The position numbers were made by a program, and so were the translations under genes. A stretch of 52,745 nt of DNA, filler included, from Sphacelaria rigidula (Eukaryota), in assembly GCA_964200075.2 (NCBI GenBank). It is 3 parts of 3 records of this genome, joined end to end, with 100 filler letters (N's around TTAATTAATTAA, not from the genome) between each part and the next. Parts side by side here need not be neighbours in the genome. Positions count along the whole stretch, not along the records: positions 35,239 to 52,745 come from CAXNAA020001062.1; 2 more parts are not named here. One strand, given 5' to 3'. Shown one piece after another: positions 35,472-47,400 of the stretch (position 1 is the first letter of the stretch; every line of letters starts with the position of its first letter). Below the pieces are notes generated by a model. That model searched no databases. It was given only the letters and a program-made list of their open reading frames with translations, and was not told the origin of the DNA.

Positions 35472-38400
35472 GTGAGTTCGTTCATCTCCGACCCGCCAAA
35501 GTATGCATGTTGGTTTGGTGTCGTAGCTCTACTGATTGAGAAATTATGATTGGTGCCAGGTATGCCCGTCTAGCGCCGATCGCTGAATTCACACAATAAA
35601 TAGGGTCTGTCGCCCCTCCCCCCCCGGAACAAAAGCGTGGTGCGGCGAGAACCCGGCGTGCTCCGTCCCGGCTTTGTAGGGGCGGACCCCCGATGGGGTT
35701 AGCGTCGGTTGGCGATGACGCTATAAAACATGCCACTCACTGCGTAAGCTAGGCAATCAGGTTAACGATTGTTTTTGCGCGCTCGCGTGTTTTTTGCGGT
35801 AACCACCATGATAGTCGAGCTAGATCATGTTGTGCGGCGTGGGAGAACCTAAACTCCGCACAATGGGGATGATCGTACTACGTTGTGTTTAAATGGTGAG
35901 ATACCCATGATACAGTGTATAAGCCGCGACTACCTCTGGAAGTGACGATACGAGAAAATACATCAACTCATTGCAGACTGTTATCCAAATGCAAGATAAT
36001 CCGTGGGCTTTCGGCTGAACCATGTCAGCAGGATGCAGCGTCACCCTTCATGCGACTCGCCGAATACACTACGGTGCTTCGCGCTTGGTAATTGAGTGCG
36101 AGCCTAGTCCGGCGAAAACCCGGCGTGCTCCGTCCCGGCTTCGTAGGGATGCGAGGTCAATGGTCTTATGACTATCGCATGCATGATCATGAGCACACTC
36201 CTCTGAATGACAACCCTAACCCTAACCCTAACCCTGATCCCCGCAAAAGCGCCACGTAATGAAAAGGGTCCCTCGGGCCAAATACGCGCCAATGCACGTG
36301 AACGAACGAAACGAAATGCGTCGAAAAGGCCCATCGCCCGACCGGTAGTGCGTTTTCGATTTGAAGCAGCTGCTAGTACTGATGTCCTAGGTTAGAGCAG
36401 TATAACCGTTCGTCATACCCTGCAAGATGGCCCCACCGAGAGCAAACATTCTCCATCACTACTGCCCCCGGCGTGGATGAGGTCCTGGGAGTAACAAAAT
36501 CATATTGCTAACCTACTTGACGCTGGGGGTGAAAGAAGCACAACGCCGCGACCCGAACCGCCCAGCGGTACATTGCTCCCTGGCAATGCTTATATTCATG
36601 GCAAAGGAGCCGTCGGGTGAGGAGGTGGACATAGTCTGTACTGTTATAGTAGGTGACGGCACAGAAGGCTCCGTTTTAGTATACGTTGCAGCACGGAGTC
36701 GGGAAGAAATGATAAGGCTGTGGAAAGAGGATTACATGCGTAATTTGACTTCAGTCGTGAATTGCACGACCCCTTAGGCACTCCTCACTGAATGCTTGTG
36801 GTATTACTGGAAGTTGTTCCGATATGAAGCGTTTCGCTCGTTTTCCTTCTTCAACAGTCACTTTTGGGGTTGCGAGCTGAAAGCCTAATACGTTTGTTCC
36901 CACTGTATGAACAGGTATGCTTTGTCAATTTCTTGTTTTCATACTCTTTATCGGGTTGCTTAGTGTCCGGTGCTATGAAGAATGACTACGATGTGCGAAT
37001 ATCCAAAATACGTGGAAGCCCCACGATCTCGACCCCAGAAGACCGACTCTGAATGGTTATGAAGTACAGTTGTTCACAACATGGGTATAAGTACTTATGT
37101 AACCATCCAACTCATCGTATCTCTAACCCCGGGCAAGAAAACGTACGGTGAAGGCTTCTGGCTTTTGTGGAACCAGCTAGGAGCTTGGTGCTCGTCAGTA
37201 TATGTCAGGCTTTGTCGCACCTCGACGCCGCTCCGCACGTTATGGTCGGAAGAAGTTGGATGTAGCAGTCGGGGAAACGAACTGGCGTGCGCTGATATGA
37301 GAAGCTATGGTACACTTTGGACATGATTCCAATTTCACAAAGCGAAGTTCGTTTCTGCTGCGGGTAAAAATTCGACCAAGAGGTTTTTTGCGAATCCGTT
37401 TTAGCGTCGGGATTCTTGCGTCCTGATTCTTGCGATTTTTGTTTTGCGTCGGGATTCTTGCGATCGGATCCTTGCGATAGTTGTTTTGCTAGATGTTTCC
37501 AGTCTAACACCCTTATCGATTTCGTTTTTTGGGGATAACTTCGTAAAACGGACACCAAACGCATTCTGCTCCAAGGGGCACGTGGACCCACAGCAGTTGC
37601 CGCTGTCTACCTAGTATGATCCTCCACATCGAAGTCTTGAGTGAGAACCCCCAGCGTTTGGTGCCCATGTACAAGGAAGGGTGATCTTCATCTATCTAGT
37701 ATCATGCTCCAAAACGTACGTGACAAGAGGGCAACACCCCCGTACAGACAGTAGCAATGCTAGCGGATCCCACGTCCTGAGACTCTGTGACAGTCTAGCA
37801 GCGGGCAAGGTGGTTATGGTAGTGTCCTTCTAGCGATGTCAACTCACAGAGCACAGAGTTTGCAGGTAAATATTTCGGCGATTGCGCCTCACCTACAGCT
37901 CGCCCAGGTGTTGTGGATTTTTTCTCGATATCACCGAGTAACATCATTACATACATATACAGGTGGAAACCTACCAGACCCTCCGTCACATTATAAGTCG
38001 AGATGTGTCGGACCCTGCATGATATATGGAAATGTACCCAACCGTGGACGAAATATTTCTACAGTCAGGACGAACACGATGTTGGAGGTGTAATGCATAC
38101 AGAGTATTGTGTGTGTTGTCGTCCCATCTATTCTGGATGCCCGTCTCCACCTTTCGGTATATGTCGGCGCACCAGCCGCGGCTGTGTTACCATTCAGCTT
38201 CGCCCAAGATACAGGCAGCCATGACAGCGGCGGAGGCGGCCTTTCACTCCTGCGTGCGCCACCTGGGGCAAACGCACGCTGTAGCTGCAACACGGACAGC
38301 TTTACAAAATGCGACGTGGCGATATACTGTAGCACGTGGCGTGGTATCCCGCCTACACGTTTGCCGCAGGTACAAGCGGCTGCGTTCATAATGTGGCGAA

Positions 38401-41400
38401 CTGCGTAGGACAATGCGAAATCAAAGCAGGACAGGAATAGGCTAAGGATGTCACGTCCTGCGGTGTGCTTTGTCACCCTGCACCCTACCGCTGTGCAGTG
38501 AGCAGGTAGTACCGCCGAATGCCTCACGATGCGGTTGGTACACAGTAGTGTCGACTCCACACCCGTAGGGTAACCTCTGCATTGAATTCAATAAAACGCA
38601 TTGAATTAAATTACACGCGCGGAGAGCGTTATGTTCGAGCAGCACGCGCGCCAGTGTTTTCCGTGTTGTCGACATCGTGCCAGGGCGCTCGTGCCTAAAG
38701 CGCTGTACTCCCCTGTGGCAACCCGTCACGGTAGTGCTCCTCATGTTTCATCACGCTTTATTCGAAAACACGCAGAAGAGATGCCAGCGAGTCCATCGTT
38801 GTTGCACTTGGGTTGTGGTGAACCAGTTGTTTTCGATAGAACCCCCGCATGCTGCGTGTTGTACCAAAAACTGTAGTATACCGTACCAGTTCAAAAACGG
38901 ATACTGTATGCATTATATATAGGCCATCGACTTGCTCTGGTTATCATGAAGTGTGCACGAGGCGCGGGGAGCGTTGTTTTTTCAGGGAATGCTAGGACGC
39001 AACCATACTGCAGTACGGGCAGTATGAAACACGTGATTCGAACGAGACACAAGACGAAGCATTTACATTATGCTAAATACCTGGGCGTTTTGGTTCTGAA
39101 ACGAGTCTACCAGTCCCTCCACTACCTACCGTACGAAGATAGCAAGGGGCGAATCAATGATTCGTCCGGAAATTATTCGATTTTCAGTGTAATTGAGTCG
39201 TACCGTATGAATCAATTCTTGGGCTTTGTTTTCAGCGTTGCAACCCAGGTACGCGTAGCCCAGGCACGTAGAATGGCGCAAAAGTTGCGCCCAGAGCTGT
39301 TTGACCAGAGGTCGACGTTTTTCTCTCTTTCAAGCAATCAGGTCTAAGAAATCGTGGATTTGGTTATTCAAATTGACGATGATTCGTCCGAACCATGGAT
39401 ATAGATATCACGTGTAAAATACAAAATGCTTTACGGGCAGACCTTGTCACTTTAGAGTAGAAGGGCCCAGCCGAGACCACTCCGGGTTCACCGCCGAAAT
39501 CCGAGACGGCAACGTCACGAACACCGAAATAAATTGAAATTGGAAGCGTCCTGAACACAGGGCAATCTACTACATATAAAAATGCGCGTAAACCTCGCGA
39601 TCATGGCCGAGTGATCTTCGGCGATCTTCTGTCCTGTCCTTCCGTTTTGCAGGGTGTTGGGTTCGGGGGTACGGAAATGGTGAAAGCACAAGATTTCGTC
39701 ATCTGTGAGGTCAAAGATGGGCCAACGGCAGAGTGCATCGACCGACAGCCAATAAAGCGGTAGGAACACCCGAGCATACCTGACGTAACTGTGGTATGTT
39801 TGTGACCCACGTGGTGTGGCTAGCACTCTGCGAAAGTGTAGGTGATATGTCGGTGCGTTCCCGCCAAGTCCCATTCCAAACCGTGTGGTGGGGGAACCAT
39901 ATGGAGAGCCCAATGCGTCCCACATCTATCAGTGGTGTGCGCTGGTACTCATAGCTGGTGGTTTATGGTGGAATGCTGAGTATTGGTATGTTTTGCCGAG
40001 TTGGACTACCGTCCGTGTATCCACGTCTTGCGACAGGAGCAACAGTTGTAGAACAGAGGTGTAGCAGCCTGGATTTGACTTACGTTTCCACCTGCTAGCA
40101 GAATCGCTTCCTGTGAGACGATTTCAGTGGCATTGATGTCTCCATTACGGGTGATCGACCGTGTGTTGCTGAGGCAGTCCTCAGCATGCTACATACGCGG
40201 ACACCTTACTTGCAACGAGGCACATGGCGGAGTAGTGATATATGAGTGCACTGTAAAGCCACCTACTTTGTTACGATTAATTCGGAGGTTCGCATGGCTT
40301 GATCGTAGGAGGGTCCCTAGTTCCCACGAAATCTTTTCTTAGCAACACGCGGATAACACGAAAAGTAAAGAGGGCTTGTCAATGAAGGCGCAACTCTTCC
40401 CGCAACACCTGCTCTCCGTTGCACCTTGCAGTCGCAGCGTGCCACCCGAGGATGATGTAAATCCTCAGTTGGAAGTGGAGAGCGTGGCCATCGAAGGAGA
40501 CTGGACGTCGGTTACGTTCCTCCGATACTCGTCCGAGCTAGATTCGCAGGTACAACGTACATGTCGTCTTCGGATCAATGTACGACCCTAGTGTTCGTGT
40601 TATCCTTGTTGTGCTGTGCTCACATTTAGCTGCTTACTTATAATTTCCCCCCCATCATCCAAGGTTCCCTGCTGAGAATATCTGAATAAATCTGTACATA
40701 CTAAATTTTTGGTGTGAGGTTTGGCACATAGCATGAAAACATATACCTCCCCTACACTTGATCTCTTGTTTGTTGTTCTCCATCCGTTCTCTCCTTGGCA
40801 CGTATCCCCGCCGTCCTTGCAGGATTACGATGTACTAGAGGACATCAATGCCGATCGTTTCACCGACATCATCTACGCTTACAGGGAAGGAAAAGGACTG
40901 GGACAGCATCCAAATACCAACCGGGGTGCGTCCTCCGTTCATTTCGGCACGGCAACGACAACTGAGGTGCGTACAACGTGCAAGAATAATTGCTGAAGCT
41001 CTACCGCCACGAGCACTGTCACTCTCCACGGGTTTATTGAGGAACATCAGCGTCATTCACAGCAAACATGCGTTACGTTACCGTTGAATGAGAACGGCGA
41101 TAAGTTGACCTCGCCAGAATTTTACCGTGCGCCGTTCGATAATGCGTGGAATGTGCGAACACGATTACTGAAGCTCGGCAAACCACGAGGAGTTCCATTC
41201 TGAATTTAAAGATACAAAACTAGCATCATTCAGGAAGTGTCTCCGCAAATGGGCGGTACGTGACAAAATCAAGTTGTTGTAGTCGGCAGGAATTTCGCTT
41301 GGTGGTGCCATCTATGCAAAAACGTGCGGGCGCGTTCGCTGAAAAGCACTACAAAAAGATGATGCAATGCATGGTGGCGTCTTACCGGCAGGTCATTTGT

Positions 41401-44400
41401 GGCACTTTCCGTCCGCAGAACACGTTTCCACCCTGTAGCGGCCCTTAAGAAGGCGTATATGTTCACATACAGGGACTCATCACCTATCCAAACCACTCTC
41501 ATTATGCCACTTATCCTTCACGACAACGAAATGTGGCGCTTGATTCTTCAACTGGTGGTTTGGGGGCACTTTATTCTCGTGCCACGCAGTAGGGATTGCT
41601 TAAGGTAGTCAGATACCGCTGTAAAAATAGTGATGTTGCGGAAGGCCCGGTTTTTGCGGCTCTGCATTATTACGAAAAACGACTCCTATATGTAAGTGTT
41701 GAAAACTGAGTGAGAAGGTGACCTTTCAGCCGAAAGTCGGGATAAACAACTGCAACGGTTACCTGTAGTACACAAAATCCATGGTGAACACGGCCCAACA
41801 ATAGTATGATCATAGTGCGATCGGAAGGGTTACTCGATCAAGCCAATATTAGTTGGGGTTGACCGTCGTTGACGCGGAATCACTCAAATATCAACCAACG
41901 CCACAATATCTGACCTCGGACACGTGCAAAAATTCAAGGTGAGGCTCGAAACGAGAAACGTCCAATCATTTCTTTCATCATTTCCGATAGGCCGTTACTA
42001 TACATATGCCGTTGACAGGTGTGCGAAGACGATATGGACTTCTACCTGCTCCACGGCTGTCTCATGCTATTCTCGTGGATGATCCTTGCTCCTCTAGGCA
42101 TCTACTTCGCAAGGTACACTGTAGGCTTTGTTGCCGCCCGGAAATATTATTTCATGGTGGATGAACACGGCAGCGTATTTTCCCCGTGGCTGATTCAAAA
42201 TTTCTCAGAGCGCAAAAATGAAATTTCCCGCGCGTGGAGCCAAGGGATCCGTAGAATGACAGCAACTGACACCCCGTGTCTTTGGCTGATCATAAGTGTA
42301 ACTGGGTATGGTCCAACATCATGGGGTGCGAAACAAGTCGTGAGTAGATTTCTTCAGGCTCATCTTCGGTACTGAAAGTGGTGCACGGCCGTAGTCCACC
42401 CCTTCATTCGGCCGTCTGAAAGGTTTATTCGTGAGTCACTAGTACCGGTTGTGCCGCTCTTGAAAGGGTTTTCACTTTGATGATTTACGAAAAAAGTAGC
42501 ATGTCCTAGAGCATTCCTCACAATCTGAAAGATCTGCGGCGCAGTGGGCATGTAGCCTGTGTTGAGATGCCTCGCTATCCATTCGGTTGACGCACAGGTA
42601 CCACAAGGGTGACGAAATACTGGGTCAAGCGTGGCACCAAAGGCACGCCGAGGTGATGATCGTCGCTTCCGAGACGGTGCTTCCACTGAGCATCACGGCT
42701 ATCTTCTCAACCAGCGGCGACCATTCCTCCGAACACGCAATGTCAGTGCTTCATCCACATCGCCAAGTGACATCCGCAACACTTGCGGAGTCGAACAAGT
42801 GTAGAATGAGGGCAATCGTATCGCCCGCAATGTACTGTAGCAAAGATTCTTAAAAGGTAGTACTAAGCTTGAATTTTCTCTTCCCAGGTAACGCGGTGAA
42901 CTCTCCGTCTACAAAACAAAAGGCAGCCATCGCAACGCTTGGTTCTGATTCCCTCCATTTTTTCCCGCTATAACGTGGTCGTATTCTGCAACGCATAGAT
43001 GGGGTATTTACCTTATCGTAGCCGTGGCTACTCAAGTGCTCTCTGGCTGGCTGCGCGTCAAGGCATTGGAGGGAAGATACTGCAACTTTTCTCTGCTTAA
43101 TCAGGTACCCCTGTCTGCGGGAGTACCGTGCCACATACACTGTCATGCCCTTCTCCCTTTTGGACGATTTGGGACTTCGTCTCCACATGACGCAGGTCAG
43201 CGTTGAGTCTCGAGAAGGACGACCTATTTCCAGAATGAATCGAGCGTGGTGAACATCAGTAATTGCCGGCTTGGGGTGGATATCTAATGCAGTTTCGGAG
43301 GATTCCTGTCGCTTCCGCACAAACTCCGTTTCCTGCCTTCTGCACGATGATGAACTTGCCAAATGTGCTACATCGGGTTTCGTGGTTCGGCTCCTTACCC
43401 GTCTGTTTGCTCAACGATCCCCGTTTTTGTTGGGGGTAGAGTGGGTAACAAGAGCAATTATCGGCATTTAGGGTACATTTTCGATTCACCATATTCCACC
43501 GCTGAATCACAACGTGTCCTTTACAGATGAACAAGCACCTTCATATCTGGGCGGGGCGCTTTGCCTACCTGGCTGGTGTGGTGCAGTGCTACCGAGGTGT
43601 GGAGCTGGTGTCCTCGGCTGACAGACTCCTCTTCAGTACCCTAGATATCGACATCGAGGTGCCAACTCCGTACCCTGAGTGTTGCGGGGATGTCGTTGTT
43701 GGCTTGCGGTAAATTGTATTCATAGAGAAGTGAGATATCATCACTATGTGGTGCGTGAGCGAGTGACATTTGCCACTCTAACTTCACGGGGAGGATCCAC
43801 TGGGAGAACAGGGTGACTTCAAGCAGGATATTCCCAAGCATTCCCCCGCTTGATCTCGTTTCAAAACTCTTGAGAAGTGTGTTGTGTTGCCTTCCGCTTC
43901 CTGTGCTGCTCGTGGTCACCGCATGCCGTGTGCACAGTTCGCTAGCTTCGGACTGGTGAGAACATATTTTTTTCCACTGTGGTTCGGATTCTTGGTGGTG
44001 GCCTTCGCCTTCTACGAAACCAGAAAACAAATGCGACGGGTGAGATCATAAACTTGTGCGTGCTAGTAGAAATAGTTGGAGCTACTGGGATAAACGGCTG
44101 ATAGGTGCAAACGCGGTGGGGATTACGCGATGGACGGATATTGCGCTGTACATTTAGACGTGGAGATATGGAGGTGCATTTCGACCAAGAGTTGTAAAAG
44201 CCGTAAGTATATCCTACACTGATCACCAGGGAATGAAAATGGTGTACGTCACTCGTTCCCCCGTTCAGGTCGCAGCAATGCTTTGGGGTGGCAAAACATA
44301 CCGTGGCAGTTGGGAGGTGGGATCCATTGACAGTAGTTCGCAGGTCATTCGCCTTCACGCGTGTAGGGCTTAGATGCCATATCCTGTAAGATGTGTCTGG

Positions 44401-47400
44401 TTGACATGGTATCTCGGCGGCGCATCGGTCACTGCCCAACCTATTCATCGGCACACGCTTAAATTGCTCACTGTGTACCTAGTTTTCGAGAAAGGGCGCG
44501 GCGAGCGTGCTTGGGCTGATGGACGTCGTCAACAACGACTTCGTTTCAGAAGATGGTGAAGAGGGGGTCTCGCGAGTTCTTGCCCGGAAGAAGCGCCTGC
44601 GTATGTACACATGGGATGAGTTCAACTACAAGGTACCACACTCGATGGCTTCGACTATTCTGGTTAAGTTTTCGGTGGTACAATGTGTAGGTGCAGTACA
44701 TACGTTGGAGGCATCGTGTCAACAGTTTTGCACACTACCGAGCTGTGGGGGGCACGGCTATCGCTTGATCGGTGGAGAAATGCGCCTGGTCTAACGGCTA
44801 ATGCACTGTTGCCGGCGCCATGAAACAGCCGATCATCGAAACTGGGGATAGAGTTTTCCATTTAGGATGATGTCCCGAGAAATAAATCTTCGTATACACA
44901 TCAAACCCTTGGAATATCGTTGCATTTTTTCACCTTCTGGTAGCTACTGACAACTACTACATGCTATACAAATTTGGACTTCGATGGCCGAAATCTCGGG
45001 GTCCTAGACCAAGAACAATATTTGGGGAATTCGGGTGATCCGATTGGATCGCCGAAATTCCCCGAAATCAATTTTCCACCTAGCACCCCAACACTTGGGT
45101 CATCGAAATCCAAATTTGCATGGCGTGTAGTAGTTGTCAATAGCTACCAGTAGTTGAATGAATGGAGCAATGTTTCGAAGATTTGGTGTGGGTACGAAGA
45201 TCTAAATACTCCGGGTTCTCATTCTTAATGAAAATTTCCATTCTCAACTTCGATGATCGGCTGTTATGATGAGGACAGTTTGAGACACTCACCATCCTAA
45301 ACTCCGTTGTTCACACACGAATCCACGGCTTGTGTGGAAATTATTTTTTGTCACACATACAACCCCTACCCTTCTACGGGACGAACCCGTGGGCTCGAGG
45401 AATCAACCCATCTCCGCCGTATTTTTCAGACCTGGACACTTTCTACGATAGCCCCCCCCCCCCCGCCCAAAAGCGCATGGTTTTAGGAGGCAAAATCTTC
45501 ACGTAAATCGAAATGGGAAAAGCCGAGCACAACGAGAAGCTGGGAATTCCCACGCTTGGGTCCGTTCTAGCCATTGTCGCCAATATGAGGCGCTTCATGC
45601 GGCCTGAACCCGAACACCAGGCGCTGTATGACCATTTTTTTCGTTACATTTTTGAGCTGGTTTTCGGGGGGGGGGGTATCGTAGAAAATATCCCTAATGG
45701 CCTCCGTTGTACAAGTTGACCATGGGAGTGCGGCGGAAAAGTATTGAATACTCGGAATCATCACGTTCGGATTTCGGCTGGCAACCTAGGGTTCCTGTGC
45801 ATGGGCAGTGACTCCAATGTGACAATGGCGTGGCTTCCCCGACGGCTGTTAAACGACAGGTATTGAACGGACAGTGCTGGGTGGTGGTGGACGGCACGAT
45901 TGTCGACGTCTCGACATTTGCATCCCGGCATCCGGGAGGGCAACGGCTCATTGTCAACGCCATCGGCACAGATGTTACGCACGAGGTCATAGGAAGAGTG
46001 GATTCATCTGTTGGGAAAGCGCTCAGTGTGCCCTTCACTCCCCATGTCCACACCGAGGTATACGTTTGTACCTCCAAGACAGAGTTGGCACATGCTTTGC
46101 CCTTCCTGCCACATATCACCTTGAAATCCGCCAAGACCAAGGTGATATGTGCATTGCAAGAAGAATGTGGACAGACAACCCGCCTCGTTTACCTTGGGTT
46201 ACGTGCGTTCACCTCATGACCACGGCTGGGTCTCTCGGGGATCAGTTCAAGTGCGACGAGAAATTGATCATCATCAATCGAACAGTGGCGATACCCCCCA
46301 CCTCCGCCCACTGCTTTCTCCATATCCCTGTCGCCCACTGGATTACAACACATATTTTTCACAACAGGTGGCCCTGAGCAAGATGACTGACATGGCTGTT
46401 GGGTACATCGACGAAGACGACCGCGTCAACGAAAGCGTAAAGGTGGTGTCTAGCGGCAAGAATACTATGGACGCAACCCGTCGAAAAGTTGGGGGCGGGC
46501 TGTTCAAGGCCAATGCAGCGATAGCACCTTCTGCAGCTACCGGCATGATAGGCGGGGCGTTGGTAAGAATTGTCCAGCCCGGGGAGAAAGGGGGTGACAG
46601 GCGTACTCATGATCATGCATGCCATAGTCATCAGACCATTGACCTCGGAGTGACGGGGGGGGGGGGGGGATACTCATTTGTTGCTTGCCTTAGTCGTTTG
46701 ACCATTGACCACGCATCCCTTTCGAGACGGAGGGAGTAACAGGGGAGGAATGAGAGTGAAGAAGGAAGGTAGCTTGTTTGACCATTCTCCGATTGCTTCT
46801 AGTCAACGTGCGTAGTGCTTTTGTCGAGCTTGTCTGGTGAATCACACCGTATTCGCGATTGCTAGCGCTTGAGTGAAAGACGTTTTATGCTTTTGCGCGG
46901 GAACTGGGTTCGCCTGAAACCCTGTATAGTGTGATGAGGCGCTTCTATCCAATGAAGGCAGCTCTTGACCCTTTACTTCCGCACTCCCGAAACGGCTGGA
47001 GTCGAGCAACCAAGGTGACACCATTCATTCCTTCTCTTCTTTCACTCGTGCTCGCCCGTCAGTGTCAACAACGGTCACTACAATGGGCCTTTTCATGATC
47101 TCCATGCCCCACCCACCCTGCCTCTCTCCAGAGGAAGGCAAATCGGCCGTTCTTGCTTTGCCTTTGTTCCTTAGCCGTGAGTACTCCATCGCTCCAACTC
47201 CCCCGCTCACGCCCTGCTTCCTGCGTGATGTACATGCTGACGATGCAGAAACAAGCCGGGGGCGAGAGGCTTTTTAGGAAATATCCGGTCGCATCTTCGT
47301 ATCCTTCCCGCCAAGGGGTTCCCGACGTTTGGGGCGGCGTAGATCAGTGTATCGGTTCTCAGGTTCGTGGAAGGGGGGTTCTCAGGATCGTGGAACGATC

